Source: Paraspadella gotoi
Lineage: Eukaryota > Animalia > Chaetognatha
Direction of reading: 5' to 3'
NCBI GenBank assembly: GCA_051294375.1
Contig: JBJCIZ010000239.1
Coordinates: forward strand, 7,109,973-7,173,972
DNA: 64,000 nucleotides
Of this stretch, positions 63,046 through 64,000 are shown piece after piece. Position numbers and translations under genes: made by a program. The first letter of the stretch is position 1. The number at the start of each line of letters is the position of its first letter. The notes below the pieces were generated by a model. The model was not told the DNA's origin. It made no database searches and saw only the letters and a list, made by a program, of their open reading frames with translations.

Positions 63046-64000
63046 CAACCAATTGTTGTTTTGAAAGTTTTGGCAGAAATATAGGAGGCGGGATATGAAG
63101 GAGAATAAAAAGAAGAATAGAAAGAAGATAGAAAGAAGAATAGAAAGATGAAATAAAAGGAGAGAAGAATAAGAAAAACTATTGAAAATGAGGGAGAAAT
63201 GAAGAGAATAAAAGGGACAGTGACATCAAATGACGTCGCAAAACAANNNNNNNNNNNNNNNNNNNNNNNNNNNNNNNNNNNNNNNNNNNNNNNNNNNNNN
63301 NNNNNNNNNNNNNNNNNNNNNNNNNNNNNNNNNNNNNNNNNNNNNNNNNNNNNNNNNNNNNNNNNNNNNNNNNNNNNNNNNNNNNNNNNNAAAAATGATA
63401 GGGGAACAATGTCTATCAAAGAAATAACGACGACTCAATGGCCGCGATGATTTCGGTCGCTGATTGGTCGATGATTGAAAATTTAAAGAGCTCCGATTGG
63501 TCTAAACCGAAATCGGTAAGGCGGGGGAAGAGGGGGTGAGGAAGATGAAGAGGAGGAGGTGGAGGAGGAGAAGGCCTAGTAGAAGACTGAGTATGATATC
63601 GCAGATATCGGGCAGGTAAATAAAGATAGGTTAGGTCTTCTTTATCCTCTGATTCCCTCTCTTTTTCCCTTCTTTCCTTTCTTTCTTTTTTCTTTCGTCT
63701 ATTTTTTTTTCTTTCTTACTTTACTTTTTATCTTCTTTTCTTCTCTTTTCCTTTTTCTTTCCTTTNNNNNNNNNNATTTGTCTTCTGCTTGCCTTTTTCT
63801 CCTTTTTCTTTCCTCTTCTCTTTCTATCCTTTTTTCTTTCCCGTTCATCTTCTTCTTTTTTATTCTCCTTTTTCTTCCTCTTTTTTCTTTTCTTTTCTCT
63901 TTTCCTTCTTGTTTACTTCTTTCTTACCCTTTTATTTTCTTTTTTCTTTTTTTGCTTTTCTTTCCTTTTTTATCTTTTTCTTTTTTCCTATTTTTCTTTT

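Overview
Repeat-dense eukaryotic (probably invertebrate animal) genomic scaffold. It is dominated by (GA)n/(GAC)n microsatellites, N-gaps and error-rich segments that look like uncorrected long reads; five gaps of exactly 25 N suggest PBJelly-type gap filling. Almost all ORFs in the track are low-complexity artefacts. Supported content: (1) a ~15.4-kb inverted duplication (14836-30191, ~185-bp spacer) centred on an L1/Tx1-type reverse transcriptase fragment, most likely a fold-back read or amplification chimera; (2) minimal hammerhead ribozyme motifs of Penelope-like retroelements at three loci, one as a back-to-back inverted pair and one downstream of a GIY-YIG-like C-terminus; (3) two tRNA-derived short repeat families, Helentron-type HINEs, a Helitron-like 3' end, telomere-like-repeat MITEs, nested fold-back elements and several minisatellites; (4) a tentative minus-strand multi-exon gene across most of the window, whose scattered GC-rich exons resemble a secreted ZP-domain protein. 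All alignments were done by eye and coordinates of degenerate repeats are approximate.
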